Source: Scenedesmus sp. PABB004 (lineage: Eukaryota). From it: a stretch of 64,000 nt of DNA. A program made the position numbers and the translations under genes. Numbering within the stretch: the stretch's first letter is position 1; each line of letters begins with the position of its first letter. The notes below the pieces were generated by a model. It searched no databases and was not told the DNA's origin. It saw only the letters and a program-made list of their open reading frames with translations. Positions 37,558 through 54,591 of the stretch are shown here, piece by piece. The DNA is taken from NCBI GenBank assembly GCA_014905635.1, contig JABVCE010000032.1:62001-126000 (forward strand), read 5' to 3'.

Positions 37558-38090
37558 GCGCGAAAAGCGATGCTGAGGGCGTGCCTGCCGTGCTGCCGGC
37601 ATGGTGCCGCGCCTGCTGCTGCACTAGCCCCCGCGATGCTTGTGCTGGTGCAGATGCCGCCCCAAGCTGCTGCCGCCACCCCCTACAACTCACCGCATCC
37701 GCGCCGCAGTCGGTCGCCAAGGACGCGCCGGGCGCGGTGTCAGGCGTGCACGCGGCGCTGCACCTGGCGGGGACGTCAAGCGGACGGTGAAGCTCACGTG
37801 GCTAGCGGACGTGCCAGGGCTGGTGCCGCTGACGCTGTGCGACTTTGACCACCTCATCACCAAGAAAAAGGTGGAGGAGGACGACAACTTCCAGGCGCTG
37901 GTCAACCCGCGCACCAAGACCGAGACGGCCGCGCTGGGCGACGTCAACATGGCCGGCCTCGCCAGGGGCGCCATCCTGCAGCTCGAGCGCAAGGGAAGTA
38001 GCCTACTTCATCGTCGACGCGCCGTACGTCGGCGGCGCCGCCGGCGCGCCCGCAGTGCTGCTGGCCATCCCCGACGGCCGCACCAAGTGA
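37558..38090 (+). pseudogene. Decayed duplicate of the GluRS last exon plus part of the preceding intron
   Basis: Aligns to ~49486-49992; 1-nt deletion near 37770 and a small insertion near 37996 break the frame. Confidence 0.9.
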
Positions 38091-38253
38091 AGGCGTGCTC
38101 AGGCAGGGGCTTCCGCGTGGCCTCGCGCGTCCAGGCTCGTTGAAGGCCAATCGCACGATGCGGCGCTGCTACAGCCGAGCTGTCACGAACGGTCGTTCGA
38201 GCCCGCCGCCCACGCGCTGCCCGCTGCGCTAGACCAGCTCTCCATCCCCGACC

Positions 38254-39306
38254 ATGGGGGCGGCTGGCCGCAGCTCCGCGCTCAGCAGCCCAGCTCCGGT
38301 GCTGGCCGCGCTCTGCTGCCTGCTCCTCCTCTCCTTCCTGGCCGTCCCCAGGCGGTCTGCCAGCAGCAGCGCCGTCCTGCAGCAGCCTCAGCAGTGCGCA
38401 GTGGCGACGCAGTACGTGTCGTCGGAGCTGGAGCGCGCGTGGCTGGACAACGCACGCGAGTGGCAGGGCAGCAGCTTCTGCGAGCGCGCCGCCGCCCATG
38501 ACGCCCAGGCGGCGGTGTGGCTGCAGGCGCTTGCGGACGGCGGCGGCGACCCGCTCGCCGAGCACGACCCGGCTGTGTTTTCGCGCTTTGAGAGCACAGT
38601 GACGTGCCCGAACGGCAGCGAGGCCCGGGTGGTGAGCTGGATCGAGCCGCTCGCGTTTGGGCTGCGGCACCCACGCGCCCTGTGCAAGGGCCACGACATC
38701 ATGGACCGCAGCTACCTCCTGCTCGCGACGCAGCGCGCCGCGCGCGCGCCCGGCGTGGCGTGCAGCGGGCGGCGCTGCCGCAGCCTGTACTTTGACCTCG
38801 GCGCGGGGACGTGGGGCGCCAACGCCGACGGCCACCAGCCCAGCCAGGGCTGGTTCTACGAGACGTTCAAGGCTCGCGGGCTCGAGTTTGATCACATGTA
38901 CATGTGGGAGGCGCGCGTGCACCCGCCCGCAGAGCTGTTCAAGCACGTCCCGGGCGCGGTGCACGCCAAGTATCAGTACTTCAACCTTCCCGTCAGCACC
39001 GACCCGGGCGAGCCGTCGCACCCGCTGCAGGTGCTCAAGGCCGTCGCGCAGCCGGGCGACTACGTGCTGTTCAAGCTCGACCTCGACAACACCGCGGTGG
39101 AGACGAGCATATTCAAGGCGATGCTGCGCGACGCGGAGTTGCTGGGCCTGATCGACGAGTTCCTGTTTGAGTATCATGTCAACTTTGCGCCCATGGTGGC
39201 GGCGGGCTGGGGCGGGACGGTCGACCCCAACGCGACGCTCGCCGACGCGTTCCAGCTCTTTGCCGAGCTGCGACGGCGCGGCGTGCGCGCGCACTCCTGG
39301 GTGTAA
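38254..39306 (+). CDS. FkbM-like methyltransferase D, type II membrane, intronless
   Basis: 350 aa; YFDLGA, YMWE, FKLDLDNTAVE, IDEFLFEYH, GVRAHSWV end. Confidence 0.7.
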   Translation: MGAAGRSSALSSPAPVLAALCCLLLLSFLAVPRRSASSSAVLQQPQQCAVATQYVSSELERAWLDNAREWQGSSFCERAAAHDAQAAVWLQALADGGGDPLAEHDPAVFSRFESTVTCPNGSEARVVSWIEPLAFGLRHPRALCKGHDIMDRSYLLLATQRAARAPGVACSGRRCRSLYFDLGAGTWGANADGHQPSQGWFYETFKARGLEFDHMYMWEARVHPPAELFKHVPGAVHAKYQYFNLPVSTDPGEPSHPLQVLKAVAQPGDYVLFKLDLDNTAVETSIFKAMLRDAELLGLIDEFLFEYHVNFAPMVAAGWGGTVDPNATLADAFQLFAELRRRGVRAHSWV

Positions 39307-39427
39307 CCCACAGCGACCGAGCCTGGCGGCAGCGGAGGTGCTTGAGAGCATCTGGGCCGGCGCACGCGAGCGCGGGCGCAGAGTCGCCGGTTACAGGGCG
39401 CCGCCCGAGCGCGCCGCTGGCTCGACC

Positions 39428-42339
39428 TCAGCGCGCACCGGGCGCCGGCGGCCCGGCGCCGGGCTGCGGCACGACGACCGCGATGAGGCTCGCCTCGTCC
39501 GGCGGCGCGACGCGCAGCGCGCCGCACACGCCCGGCTGCGGCACGATGAGGTACACCGCGCGCGGGCCCAGCCCCGCCTTGCGCGCGGGCGGCAGCTTCA
39601 CCATGCCCGCGCGCCCCTTGCCCGTAAGGTAGTCCCGGAACGCGCGCAGCGCGCGCCCGTCACCGCCGCCCGGCGCCAGCGGCGCGAGCAGCCGCACCGC
39701 GCGCTGCGCGGGCGGGGTCGCCGCGTACTGCTCCAGCGCGTCGGCGACGCTGATGCGGAAGTTGACGTGCAGCGCGTCGGGCCACGCGCGCGGCTCCGGC
39801 GCGCCGGCGCCGCCGCCCGCGCCAGCGCCGCCCGGCGCGACGCAGGCCACGCCCGCCATGTGCACCGACTGCTTCACGATCGACCCCCGCCACAGCACGC
39901 GCGCGCCGCCGCCCTGGCGCGGGCTGCCGGTCGCGCCGTCGGTGGCGGCGTGCTGCTGCTGCTGCTGCGCTGCCGCTGCCGCCGCGTCGAGCGGTGGGCC
40001 CCACCGCGTTGGCTGCTGCGGCGGCGCGTGCCGACCGTCGCCGGCGCCCGGGTCGCCAGGTGGCGGCGGCGCGGCCGGCGCGTTGCCCCAGCCGCCATCT
40101 GCCACGGTCCGGTCGCCGCGGTCGGCCTGCTGCTGCTGCTGCTTGGGTGGCAGTGGCGGCGGCGGCGGCCCGGGCGGCGGCGGCAGCGCGGCGTGCGCCG
40201 CCGCCGCCGCCTGCGGCTGCCGCGCGTCGCCCTCGCCGCCCCTGCCGCTCCCGGGGGGGTGCCTGCTCGCCAGGAACGCCGCGATGCGCGCGGCGTGGGC
40301 GCCGGAGGGCGCCTGCAGCAGCGTGCCCGGCTCCGCCGCGTTGCTCACCCTGCGCCGCGGCGCCGCCCGCCGTCGGCGTCGGCGTTGGGCCCGCAGCCGC
40401 GCCGGGCCCGGACAGCGCCGCGCGCCGCCGCGCGCACCTGTGGACGTGGCTGAGCGCCAGCCCCGCGCCGCGCAGCCGCTCGGTGACGCTCTCCGCGTCG
40501 CCCGCGGCGTCGCGGTTCGCCCACACAAAGCACGACGCCTCCTCCGCCGCCACGCCGGCGGTCGCGGGCAGCGCGTCCGCAAACGACAGGCGCAGCGGCG
40601 CTGTAGCGCGGGCGAGGCGGAGCGTGCCGTTGTGGCGCAGGAAGGCCTTGGCGGCGTCCCTGCGTGCGGGGGCGGGCGGGCAGGCAGGCGGCGTGAGGCG
40701 CAGCAGCCCACAGGCACGCCTGCGGCAGCGCCCCCGCGGTCGCTGGCCGGCGGCGCCGAGCGCGGGCGCACTCACAGCACGCCCTCAAACGTGGCGCACG
40801 CGCGCGGCGAGCCGCCGCCCGCAAGGCACGCGCCCTGCGCGCCGAGCGCCGCAGCGAGCTCCTGGCGCGTCACGCCCGGCGGCAGGTTGTGCACCAGCAG
40901 GCACGGCTGCACGCGGCAGACGGGGCCCGGCGGCGCCGGCAGGCTGCCCCAGCCTCCGCCTCCGCCCGGGTCGTGGCGCGGGGTGCGCCCCGCGTCGGGC
41001 GCCGCTGCCGCGGCCGGGCTGCCGTGCGGCTGCTCCGTGTGCGGCGGCAGGTGGTCGGCGCCGCACGGCCGCGCGGCCGCCAGCTGGTGCTCCGGCAGCA
41101 GCTGCAGCGCGGTCTCCAGGAAGCCGCGGACCTCGGACGGCGCTGCGGCGCGCAAGGGGATGGCGGGTGGGGGGAGGGGCGCTCGCTCGCTCGCTCGCCG
41201 CGCCTGCGCCGCGCCTGCGCCACGCGTGGCGCCACGCGCGCTCGCCCGGCGCCCGCCGCCGCCCCACCTGATCCCCGGCCCCGCGCCTGTTGCACCAGCC
41301 ACGCCTGCAGCTCCGACGACGCCTCCAGCTCGCGCGCGAGGGGGCACCGCCGGCCGCGCCGCTGCGTCGCCGGCGCCGCCTCGTCGGCGGCCAGCAAGTG
41401 CCCGCGCAGCCACGCCCGCACGCCCGCCAGCAGCTGCTGGTCGTGCGCGCGCAGCCGCGCGAGGCAGTGGCCCATGGTCGCCGCCGGGTGGCGCCGCAGC
41501 GCCTCGAGCAGCAGCGCGCGCAGGCTCGCCAGGCTGGCCGCGGGCCGCGGGCCCGCCGCGACCTCGCCCTCCTCCTCCGGCTCGCTCGGCTCGTCGTCGC
41601 CGTCGCCGGGCGCCTGCGGCAGCAGCCTGCGCCGCGCGCGACAGGCGCGGCCGGCGCGTCGCTCGCTCGCCCGCGCCGCCGGCTGCGGGGCCGCCCAGCC
41701 GCGCCGCGCCCGCGCACCTGCGCGCCCGCGCATGCGCACCTGAGCAGGTGGTCCAGCACCAGCTTGACTGCCGCGTCGCCGGGCCCGCGCGCGCTGCCGC
41801 CCTGCGACGCGCCGGCAGCAGCGGCGGCGCGCAGCACGGCGCCCAGCCCCGCCAGGGCGTCGCGGCGCGCCGCGGCGTCGAGCGCTGGCTCGCCCCTGCC
41901 GCGCCCGCCGGCTGGCCCGGCGTGCAGGGCGATCAGGGCGCCGGCGGCCTCGTCCAGGCGGCCGGGAAAGCGGGGCGCAAAGCGCGGCAGCAGGCGCGCG
42001 GCCAGGCGGCGCGCCGGCGCCTCGCCTGCGTGCGGCGGAAGCGGGGCATTCGAAAGCGCCGCGGTGGGCCAGCGGCGCGGTGGGCCAGCGCGCGCGGGCC
42101 GCATGCGCCCCACCTCTGCTCGCGGCCAGCAGCTCGCCGAACGCCCCCTCGCCGCCGGGGCCGTCGGTGAGCGAGCGGTAGGCGGCGTAGAGCCCCACCA
42201 CGGCCGCGCGGGCGCGCTCCAGGTCGGGGGGCGCGGGGGAGCGGGCCGGCGCGCGCGCGGAGCGCTTGTGGGCGCCCGGCGGCCCGCGCGCGCCCTCCCG
42301 CTTGCGCTTCGCGCTGCCAGCGGCGGTGGCGGGCTCCAT
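39428..42339 (-). CDS. Protein with API5-like N-terminus, RRM and C-terminal SPOC domain (FPA/Spen-like C-terminus)
   Basis: RRLAARLLPRFAPRFP (API5-like); LLVHNLPPGVT..ATF (RRM); LWRGSIVK..WPDALHVNFR..FRDYLTGKGRAGMVKL..YLIVP (SPOC); multi-exon. Confidence 0.7.
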
Positions 42340-43142
42340 GGCGGAGCTGCGGCCGCGGCGCTGGCTGTGTGCGGCGCGAACGCCGCCGGAGCAGCAGCGC
42401 CGCCTGCTGCTGCTGCTGCTGCTCGTGCGCGGCAGGCGGTGACCCGCGGCGGGCGGCGGCGGTCGGGCGTGACGAAGAGTCGGGCGCAGCTTCGGGGGAG
42501 GCCACACCTCGTTACGCGGAACGGCGTGGCATTCGGCAGATGACGTCGTTGCGCTCGGCACTGCCGCAGGCCGCGCAAGAGCTCGACCTGAGCTCCTGAG
42601 ATCCTGAACTCCGCAACAGTTGAGAGAGGACAGGATCAACAATTCATCCGTCCCCACGAGGCTAACCGGGCTCGCGAGGGGCTCGAAAGCTGGCGCTGCT
42701 GGCCCGGGAGGGGGGGGGGCAGCAGCAGCAGGCCAGGCGCGCAGCCCACGTCGCGGGCCGGCGGCGTCAGGCGCGGCGAGGGCGGGAGGGGGGCACACAC
42801 TGAACTCAAACAGCCAAAACCTTCGGCATCCTGATCAACAATTCTGCACAACGTGAGCGCTTCTCTGACCTTCTCTGGCTCTTTGCGGAATTGTTTGAAG
42901 CGAAACCCCATGACAGACAGCGTCGCCCCCACGAGGCCAACCACGCTCCATGGGGGACTCGAAAGCTGGGGTTGCTGGCCCGGAGAGAAAGACAGCGGCA
43001 GGGGCAGCAGCAGGCAGTGCTGCCAACATGCGACAAGAGCTTTGAAGACAAGCCTGGGTGGGGGAGGAGACAGCACGAGCAAAAGAGAGCGCACACCGCA
43101 TCGATCTGGACACCCAACTCTGCGCGCCGCCGCCGACAGCGC

Positions 43143-44710
43143 TCAGCCCTCCGCGTCGTCCTCCGCGGCGGCGTCCGCCGCGGCCGCGCCGTCGAGCGGC
43201 GGCACGTGCTCGTGCAGCGCGCCCCCCGCGGCGGCGCCGCGCTCGACGCCGACGAAGTGGAGCGCGGGCCGCGCCGCCGCCAACACCGCCGCGGCCGCGC
43301 CAAACCCGTGGTCCGCGACGACCAGCTGCCGCAGCTCGGGCAGGCAGCCGCCCTGCAGCGCGGCGCGCACGGCCGCCACGCTCACGCCGCACGCGCCGAG
43401 GCCGAGCACGCGCAGCTGCTCCAGGTTGGCCGCGAGCACCTGCAGGCCCTCGTCGCCCACGTCCTCGCACGAGAGCAGCAGGCGGCGCAGCTGGCGCGCG
43501 GCGTACACTTGCGTCAGCGCCAGCAGCCGCATCTTGGGCCACGCCAGGTGCAGCGACGCGAGGCGCGGCATGCGCGCCGCCGAGAGGGGCCCCAGCGAGC
43601 TGAGCCGCGCCCGCGGCGCCCCTGCGCCGACGAGCGCGAGGCGCCGCAGCGCCGTGAGGCCGCGCAGCACCGCGTCCAGGTCCACGCCCTCCTCCACGTC
43701 CCCCACCGTCAGCGCGAGGCTGGTCAGGCCGGTCGCGCGCGCGAGGCCGGCCGCGGCCGCCGCGGTCAGCGGCGCGGCGGCGTCGGCGCACTCGAGCGAC
43801 CGCAGCGCCGGCAGGCGCGCCCAGTCCGGCGGCGCGCCGGGGGGCGAGCCGGGCGAGCCTGGCTGCAGCCCGTCCGCGCCGCCCCCGTCCGACGCCTCGT
43901 CGGCCGCCGCGTCGCCGTCGCCGCGCGCGGCCGACGGGGCGCCGCCGCCGGCCCCGCGCGGCGCGAGCACGAGGCGCTGCGCCAGCGTCACCACCACCGC
44001 CTGCTGGCGCTCCGGCTGCTGCGCCGCGCCCGCGTCAGCCGCGCCGTCGGGCGCCTCGGCCGCCGCGTGGGCGAGGCTGACCGCCCGCGTCCGCGCGCCG
44101 AGTTGCGGCTCCTGCCCCTCTGCCCCCCCTCTGCCGCCTCTGGCCCGACCGACAGCTCGAGCAGCAGGTGCTCGCCCTCTGCGGCCGGCCCGCCGCGCCG
44201 CAGGCCCACCGCCGTGCGCAGCTCGGCCGCGCGCCAGCGCGGCCCGCCGCCGCACAGCAGCAGCGTGCACGCGCCGCCCGCCGCCGCGCCGCGGCCGCCG
44301 CCGGCGTCGTCGCGCAGCACGAGCGCAAACCGGTGCGTCGGCGCCTCCACGCGTGCCGCCGCCAGCGCCGCGCCGTCGCCCGCGAGGCGCACCACGAGCT
44401 CGTCGGCGCCGGCGGCGCACGGCCACAGCGCGGACAGGCGCAGCTCGCGCACGAGCCCCGCGTGCACCGCGAGCCAGCGCGCGCGCTCGCACGCGCCCGC
44501 GAGCGCCGCGGGGCTCTCGTGCCCCAGGGTGCCCAGGTCGAGCGCCAGCGTGCGGGCGCACGCGCCGGCCACGAGCGCGCGGGCGCCGCGGCTGACGCAG
44601 AGCGCGCGGGCGGTCGTGCCCAGGTCGGTGGCGGCCGCGGCGACGAGGGCGAGGACGGCTTCGTTGGCGGTGCAGGCCTCGGCCCCCGACGTGATGGTGC
44701 CGGCCCGCAT
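43143..44710 (-). CDS. Leucine-rich repeat (F-box/RNI-like) protein; frame break near 44125
   Basis: LTSLAL, LRRLAL, LASLHL, LRVLGL repeats; two overlapping ORFs meet at a G7 run (homopolymer error or very short intron). Confidence 0.6.
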
Positions 44711-45287
44711 GTCGTCAGGATTTGAAGTCAATCAACACACCTGGTGTGGGAAATGGCCTTGTCGCTCACCAGCAGCGCGGCGGCGCACGTCGCGGCGGGC
44801 TCGCGCCCCGCTGCGCCGGCTGCGCGCGGGCGTGCGGCGTTGGCGGCGGGCGCGCACCAAGTTGGCCGGGCGCGACCGCAGGCACAGGCGTAGATGACTC
44901 GAGGATGCCCCAAGCTGTGTGGCCCCGGCCTCGCCCGCCCGCCGTCGCGGCGCCCGCCGCTGTTATAGCCCGGTGGCCTCGTGGGCGCGCGCGACGCCCG
45001 CAGGGGGCGCGGCCGAGCGCGCGGGGAAGGCGGTTTGTTGCGGGCAGCGCGGCCGGCGCCGTGGGTTGGGCGGCGTCAGGAACAGCGGCGGGAGCAGCGG
45101 GAACGCGCGGCAGCTGGGAGGGGGACTGGCTTTGGCGCGAGCGGCGACTGTGCAGGCGGCGGCCGGCGGTTCTTTGCTAGAGGGAGCTGATCGCGGCCGC
45201 GTTGGTGCCCCCACAACGCACAGCACTCCGATCAGCACGCCCGCATCGCAACGAGCAGCAGCGAGCCGCCGGACGCGCAGCGCCGCG

Positions 45288-49992
<4,705 letters not shown>

Positions 49993-50209
49993 GGGCTAAC
50001 GCGTGCGAGCGGACATGCGCAGCTGTAAAAGGGTTGCCCTGCCCTGCCGCCGGCCTGGACACGCTGCGGGATGGTACCACCTACATCGGCCGCCCGCCAA
50101 CTTCCGGTGCAGCGGTCTGGGGGCGGGGCCGGTCTGGGGCCGCCCCCGGACCGGCCCCACCGCACAAGGCAGGCGCGCTGCGGCGTGGGGCAGATCACTC
50201 CGTGCTGAG

Positions 50210-53074
50210 TCACCTGCCTCGACCCTCACCCCCGACGGCGCAGCCGGGTGGCGGCACGCCATGCGGCAGCCCGGCGCAGTCTTGTGACGCCCACCACGCG
50301 ACCGAGTGCTGCCGCAGCGTGCGATTGCTCAGCTTGAGGGGATGCAGCCACAGCATGGGTTTCTCCTCTCGCAGATCCCCCTGCACAGCCACCCCCAGCT
50401 TGCACCCGTCCAGCTCGTCCGCAACTCGTTGGTCCATGCTCCGCCCCAGCGGGAGGAGCTCGCGCACGCAGCGCTCCGCAGCGCCCCGGCGGCCGTCCCA
50501 CAGCATTGCCCCCCGGACCACCTCGTAGTCGCTTGGCGCATCACCCAAGAGCCCCAGCATTGTCGGCAGCGCCGCCTCGCTCAGCACATGGTAGCTGCGC
50601 ATGTGCTGCGCGAGCGTGACAAACCGCCGCGCGAAGCGCGCCGGGACGTAGTAGTAGTCTGCTTGCGCTGCGCCGAAGAAGCGCCCGCCCTGCCCCTCGT
50701 CGCCCAGGCGGCGCTGTATCTGCGCCGCCACCCAGCCGTACGCGTTAGCAAGCGCCGCGTTTGTGTGGTTTTTGAGCGTCCCGGGTGCGCGGCCAAAGCT
50801 GAAGTCGGCCTGCCAGTGCCAGCCGTGGCTGGCGAGCACGTTGGTCACGTTGTGCGTGCCCCCGGGGTCGTGCGCCTCCATCCAGCGCACGGCCGCGGCG
50901 TGGCTTGTCACGGCATCGCTGTCGTACCAGACCTTGCTGCGGTTGAGGCCGAGGAGCAGGCAGGGGCTCAGCATGACGTCGTCGTTGATGTAGAGGAAGC
51001 CCCTCGCCCGTCGCCCCGCCCCGCTCTCAGCCTGCATGGCCTGAGCGAGGCAGATGTACGCAAATTGCCACCAAACGCGGCCCGTCAAGAAGGTGTTGAG
51101 ATGGTCACACTCCAGAAAGTTGGGAGGTGGCGGGCCTGGCGCAGGGGCAGTCCCTGGCCCACCCGTCGCGGGGCCAGCGAGCCAGTTGCCAACAAACACA
51201 ACGCGCCCGAACCAGGGCTTGTACGCGGCGTGCAGCAGGCGCATAAGATGCAGGCTGTCCCCCTCACCCTGGTTCAGCCTGAGTGAGTTGAAAAAGACCA
51301 CCAGCACAACATCATCCAGCCTGCACCACCGCCGCGGCAGCACAAAGCTGCTGCGCGGCCAGGCGCCACCGCTGCTGCTGCTGCGGGGCGGCGCCGCGGG
51401 CGCATTGGCTGAATGCGATGCGCCGTCCACGCCATTGCCGCCAGTGGCTGTGCGCCCGGTGTCCGCGGCGGCGTGTGATGCTGGCACAAGGCTCGGAAAC
51501 TTGTAGCCGACACGCCGCAGATCCTGCACCCACGCCGCCATGAGCTTGGCGTCCCTGTCACCCCAGTATCCCTTTGCGCTCAGCAGACGGCCCACCTCGA
51601 GCAGGCGGCCGGGCAGGTCGGGCGCGCGCGGCCGCCACGCGCGCAGGTCGGCGACGAGCGCGCCGGCCTTGCTGTACAGGTCGGCCTCTTCGAGGAAGTC
51701 CTTGAAGATGGTGTGGGGGTTGCGCTGCTTGACGACTGTCGGCGGGACGAATGCGAGGTGCCCGCCCACGTCCCACAGCAGCCGCTGAGCCCTGCGCAGG
51801 GCACAGGGAGCGGCGGCGTTGCACGGGGGCCACGCCGCGCACCTGCAGGCCGCGTGTGCGGCCACTTGCGTGCTGCCGTTGTCTGACCCCCCCCCCTCGC
51901 GGGGGTCCAGAGCGCGCACCAGTAGCCACGCCAGATGTCGCACACGCGCATCGACGTGCTGACTGGCAGCAGCAATGCCCACAGCGCGTCGTAGGCAAAC
52001 AGCGTGTTTTGGCTGTTGAACGGTGACATGCTTCCTGGCGGCAGCAGCACGCTGAAGGCCTGCTCATCAAACACCACGTTCAGGTCCCGCTGCAGGCGAA
52101 CAATCGCGTCGACGTCGGGGTCCTTGTTTGCGAGGCCCTGCTGGATGAGCGGCCGCCCCGGGCGGCGCGAAAAGCAGGTCGCGGGCGGCCGCTTGATGGC
52201 AGTGAGCGGGAGGCCGCGCGGCCACGCGTCCATGCCAAAGAGCGGGTACGGATTGAAGTCCACGTCACAGCCGGGATCGAGCATGGCAAACGGCGCACGG
52301 GGGCACGCGCCCGACACGTCCGGGCTCAGCTCGGGCGCACCGCCGCCGTCGGGCGGCGACACGAGCTGCAGGATGGTCGGCGTCAGCAGCACGTTGTTAT
52401 CGTCTGTCTCGTAGATTGCCGTCGCCCCGTTTGCAATCGCATACAGATAGCCAATGTTCTTGCGCCTGGGCACGCGGGGCGGGTCAGCGCGGGCAACGTC
52501 GCGCCGCGACGTTGCAAGCAGCAACTGCCGTCTTGAATTGAACACTTCCCCAGGACGCCGGCGCGCTCACCCATAGTTGTTCCAAGGAATGTGGCTCAGG
52601 ATCTTGTAGCCGAGCCACCGCTGCTGCTCAACGCTGAGAAACGTGACGTTTGGGTGCGTCCAATCGGCGGGCGTCTGTGAATTTTGGGAGCAGCGGCAGC
52701 GCGCATGATGGCTGAGTTCTCGTGATGGCAATGCACAGCACGCGCAGCGCCGCGCGCACCTTCTTGTCGGCCACAACCACCACCCGCCAGCCGTCCAGCG
52801 CCGCAAGCTTGCGCACCGCGTCCATGGGGTGTGAGATGGTGGTCATGACCACCCACCGCACGGCCGGTGCGCGCGAATCATGATGATCAGAGACGGCGGG
52901 GGGTCGACTTGGTGCGCCACCGCCCGCGCCAAATGCCCCGAAGCGACCCACACTGGCTACGCTGGCTACGTTGTAGGCCAGCCACGCCAGGGCCGCCAGG
53001 CCCAGCGACAGCACCAGGCGCTGCCTGAAATACCACCATGGGTGGTATTTCGCCACAGCTGGATTACTCGGCAT
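50210..53074 (-). CDS. STELLO-like (DUF288) putative glycosyltransferase
   Basis: TM; WVVMTTI, VVADKKTPADW, RKNIGYLYAI, IYETDDN, PFNSQNTLF, RVCDIWRGYWAQRLLW; C-terminal domain with GFLYINDD; 3 introns. Confidence 0.9.
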
Positions 53075-53217
53075 TGCTTGTCAACCTCTGAATATTGAAT
53101 TGATTCAGAAAAAGCACAACAACAATTCTTCTTTGAAATTCAATTCAATTGTTTTCTTCAAACGTGCCGCGTTGATTTAGAAAAAGCAAAAAAAAGCACA
53201 ACAAACAAGCGCCGAAT

Positions 53218-53325
53218 TCTGCTCGACCCTGCCGCCGCCGCCTGTGCCTGCTGTGCGCGGCCGTCACGCTCGCGCTGCTGGCCTGCGGCGGAAGTGGCAG
53301 CGGCCAGCACGCCCACGCAGCGGCA
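53218..53325 (+). pseudogene. Fragment of the GT31 gene 5' (TM) region
   Basis: Aligns to ~3466-3575. Confidence 0.8.
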
Positions 53326-53716
53326 CCGCCAGCTCGGCGCGGCCGGGGAAGCTGCTCATGCTCACCACAAGCCGGCGGGCGCGCCTCGGCGCCGGCGGCG
53401 ATGGCGGCGGCGACGGCGGCAGCGAGCGCAGTTCCACCAGCTTCCCGTGGCGCTCGCACGGCGCGTCGCTGCGCCCCGAGCCAACACTATGAACGGCTAG
53501 CTGCTTGTGCTTCGCGATCAACCCGAGCGCCGCGAGCGCAAAAGTTGTTGCACAAGCGAGCGCCCGGGTGTTTCTGCCGTGGCCGAACATCTTGTTGTCG
53601 CCACTGCCGCTGGATGGGCGCGCTGTCCGCTGCCGCTTCCACCACAGACCACCGGGAGCGTGACGGCCACGCGGCAGGCGTGGCGGCAGACCAGCAGTTG
53701 AAACCAACAGCGTCAT
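53321..53716 (-). pseudogene. 3'-truncated copy of the 59884 glycosyltransferase 5' end
   Basis: Identical peptide up to SFPGRAELAVP, then runs into the GT31 fragment. Confidence 0.85.
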
Positions 53717-53859
53717 AACCAGAGCTATTTCGCCAGGCGAAAACCCGACCGCCCGCTGCAGCTACTGTAGCTCTGGCCGCTTCGGGGCGCGCGTGCCAGC
53801 AGCCAACTTCGTACAGCGAGCAGCCGGGTGACCATGCAGCTCAGCATCAAGGCAGGGCA

Positions 53860-54460
53860 GTCGCAGGTGGTGGCCGCCCGGCGGCGGCCAACCTGAGCGC
53901 GGAGTACGCGGCGGCGACATTCGCACAGCGCACCGCCGCCGCCGGGCGCCGACTCTGCGGCGTGCTTGATGAAGGTCGTGCGCGCGGCGGCGTGGACGGT
54001 GGTGCGCTACGAGTTTGCGCACTTTGTGCGCCTCGGTGACGACTCGTTCTTCCATATCGACTACGTCTCGACTACTTCCTGGCCGACGTCGCGCCGGCGC
54101 TGCCGCGCGCGCGCCTGCTGCTCGGCTACTGCCCGCCGTCGCTGCGCTATACCTTCCCCTCGGGCGCCGCGGTACTGCTCGGGTATGGGCTCCATCGTGC
54201 CCAGCGCCGACGCGGTCGCCTTCCTGGCGGCGCCGCGGGCGAGGGCATGATGCTGACGGTGCCCTGGCACAGGACGCGGCGGTGGCGCACTGGCTGGCCG
54301 GCACGCGGAGACGACGCACGACGAGCGCTTCCAAGACTGGGAGTGGCGGCGCTGCAGCAACCGCAGCACCATCGTGCACGAGCACCGCGATGGCGGCGTC
54401 GACGCCGCGGGCGTGATGACTAACTGCTTCCGTCCAGACGCGCTAGCACAGCCTTGGCGT
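53860..54460 (+). pseudogene. Frameshifted GT31 copy (3' part)
   Basis: Aligns to ~3820-4440 with several indels; FAHFVRLGDDSFF and YCSGMG retained. Confidence 0.85.
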
Positions 54461-54591
54461 GCTCGGCAGCGCCACGGTGAGGGGGGTGCGGCCAAACAAA
54501 CATGGCGCCACAGACACAGGCGTGTGTCTGTGTCAACCGGCTTCCACACAGTCCCCCCCCCCTGCGCCACCACCCAGCTGCGTGCAGTGTC

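Noticed and set aside
44100..44150. Programmed frameshift in the LRR gene
   Set aside because: The break falls in a G homopolymer; a sequencing error or small intron is more parsimonious.
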